This document shows positions 21,701 to 23,425 of a DNA stretch of 23,425 bases, piece after piece. Within the stretch, counting starts at the first letter, position 1; each line of letters starts with the position of its first letter. The DNA is from Macrostomum lignano (taxonomy: Eukaryota). A program made the translations under genes and the position numbers. The stretch is taken from contig NIVC01005181.1 in NCBI GenBank assembly GCA_002269645.1, positions 1 through 23,425 of the forward strand, read 5' to 3'. The notes under the pieces were generated by a model that did no database searches, was not told where the DNA came from, and worked only from the letters and a program-made list of their open reading frames with translations.

Positions 21701-22370
21701 GAGTCTGCCGTGACCTCCATGAGACCTTGAATCTCTTGAGACTTTTATGTGTGGTCCATTGAATCAGCTGGGACCTCTATGGGGTCCTTTGAATCAGCTA
21801 TGAACTCCATGGGGTCCTTTGAATCAGTTGTGACCTTCATGGGGTCCTTTGAATCAGCTGTGACCTTCATGGGGTCCTATGAATCAGCTGTGACCTCCAT
21901 GGGGTCCTTGAATCAGCTGTGATCTTCATGGGGTCCTTTGAATCAGTTGTGACCTCCATGGGGTCCTTTGAATCAGCTATGAACTCCATGGGGTCCTTTG
22001 AATCAGTTGTGACCTTCATGGGGTCCTTTGAATCAGCTGTGACCTTCATGGGGTCCTATGAATCAGCTGTGACCTCCATGGGGTCCTTGAATCAGCTGTG
22101 ATCTTCATGGGGTCCTTTGAATCAGTTGTGACCTCCATGGGGTCTTTGAATCAGTTGTGACCTCCATGGGTCCTTTGAATCAGTTGTGACCTCCATGGGG
22201 TCCTTTGAATCAGCTGTGACCTCCATGGGGTCCTTGAATCAGCTGTGACCTCCATGGGGTCCTTGAATCAGCTGTGATCTTCATGGGGTCATTGAATCAG
22301 CTGTGATCTTCATGGGGTCCTTTGAATCAGTTGTGACCTCCATGGGGTTCCTGAGTCCGCTGTGACCTTC
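21701..22370 (+). repeat. 29-30-bp minisatellite (~22 copies) in kinesin intron 10
   Basis: Unit GAATCAGCTGTGACCTCCATGGGGTCCTTT with degenerate edge copies. Confidence 0.95.
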
Positions 22371-22445
22371 TTAAATCTTGAACTTCCTCAGCTTCCTTAC
22401 CTGTCTCCTTAAACTCCCAATAATCTCCCTCATCAATCCCCGCAG

Positions 22446-22706
22446 TACTACTGCCAGTACAAGTTCTACTTGGAGGACGAGTTCACCCGAACTCCCGAGG
22501 CCAGCAAGGCAGTGAACCCGCAGTTCAAGTTCGAGAAGAAGTACACCTTCAAGCCGGTCACCAAGCAGCTCATGGATTACCTGCAGAACTCCTACATCAT
22601 TGTCGAACTGTGGGGCCGGCAAAAGGACTCGGGCAAGAAGTCGAGCAAGACCACCAAGGAGCTGATGCAGGGGGACAAGCCAAAGCAGGGAGCCGCTGGA
22701 GACTCT
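22446..22706 (+). CDS. KIF28: Kinesin-3, exon 11 (C2-like tail region); the gene probably continues beyond the window
   Basis: YYCQYKFYLEDEFTRT...NPQFKFEKKYTF...LMDYLQNSYIIVELWGRQ. Acceptor CCGCAG|, probable donor TCT|GTGAGC at 22707. Read-through to TAG 22761-22763 would run into degenerate repeat flank. Confidence 0.8.
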
Positions 22707-22889
22707 GTGAGCAACTATGGGAACCATGGCGACAATAATCACCGAGCAACCATGTCCCAATAGCAAAATAAATCCATAGCAACAATGAGGTCATAGAAAC
22801 GATGATGCCATAGCAACAATGGCCCCATGGCAACAATTGCTCTATAGCAAAAATGAGTCATACGAGCGTAGAAACGATGACGGCACAGG

Positions 22890-23425
22890 AACAATGACGC
22901 CATAGCAACATTGACGCCATAGCAACAATGACGCCTAGCAACATTGACGCATAGCAACAATGACGCCATAGCAACATGACGCCATAGCAACAATGACGCC
23001 ATAGCAACATTGACGCCATAGCAAAAATGACGCCTTAGCAACATTGACGCCATAGCAAAATGACGCCATAGCAACATTGACGCCATAGCAACAATGACGC
23101 CTTAGCAACATTGACGCCATAGCAACAATGACGCCATAGCAACATTGACGCCATAGCAACAATGACGCCTTAGCAACATTGACGCCATAGCAACAATGAC
23201 GCCATAGCAACATTGACGCCATAGCAACAATGACGCCATAGCAACATTGACGCCATAGCAACAATGACGCCATAGCAACATTGACGCCATAGCAAAAATG
23301 ACGCCTTAGCAACATTGACGCCATAGCAACAATGACGCCATAGCAACATTGACGCCATAGCAACAATGACGCCTTAGCAACATTGACGCCATAAGCAACA
23401 ATGACGCCATAGCAACATTGACGCC
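22890..23425 (+). repeat. 17-bp minisatellite running off the window end; degenerate copies from ~22720
   Basis: Units ATGACGCC(A/T)TAGCAACA and TTGACGCCATAGCAACA mostly alternate, forming a 34-bp dimer. Confidence 0.95.

Overview
Animal (non-vertebrate) genomic DNA with GC-rich exons, AT-rich intergenic DNA and minisatellite-filled introns. The style resembles the free-living flatworm Macrostomum, but this is inference only. Left to right: (1) An AT-rich intergenic region holds two internally deleted DNA transposons with intact ends: a hAT element (2082-3497, 8-bp TSD ATCACTAC) and a Merlin/IS1016-like element (4729-5285, 38-bp TIR), plus a hAT-type MITE end. (2) A two-exon cornichon (CNIH4-like) gene spans 6554-7459 (+), 140 aa. 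(3) A kinesin-3 (KIF28/KLP-6-like) gene on + has 11 coding exons from 9093 to 22706 (872 codons, all phases consistent) and appears to continue past the window. Its first coding intron is a U12-type AT-AC intron (9135-9890), and intron 8 most likely has a GC donor. (4) A full-length, 4553-bp Ty3/Gypsy (Mag-like) LTR retrotransposon sits in sense orientation in kinesin intron 7, inside a minisatellite. Its LTRs are 221/222 identical, yet the ORF has two frameshifts and a nonsense codon. (5) Eight of the ten introns longer than 400 bp each carry their own tandem array (36, 33, 16, 21, ~25, 4, ~30 and 17 bp units), and several units mimic splice signals. Most long ORFs in the supplied track are artefacts of these arrays. 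Coordinates were read by hand and no database searches were run.
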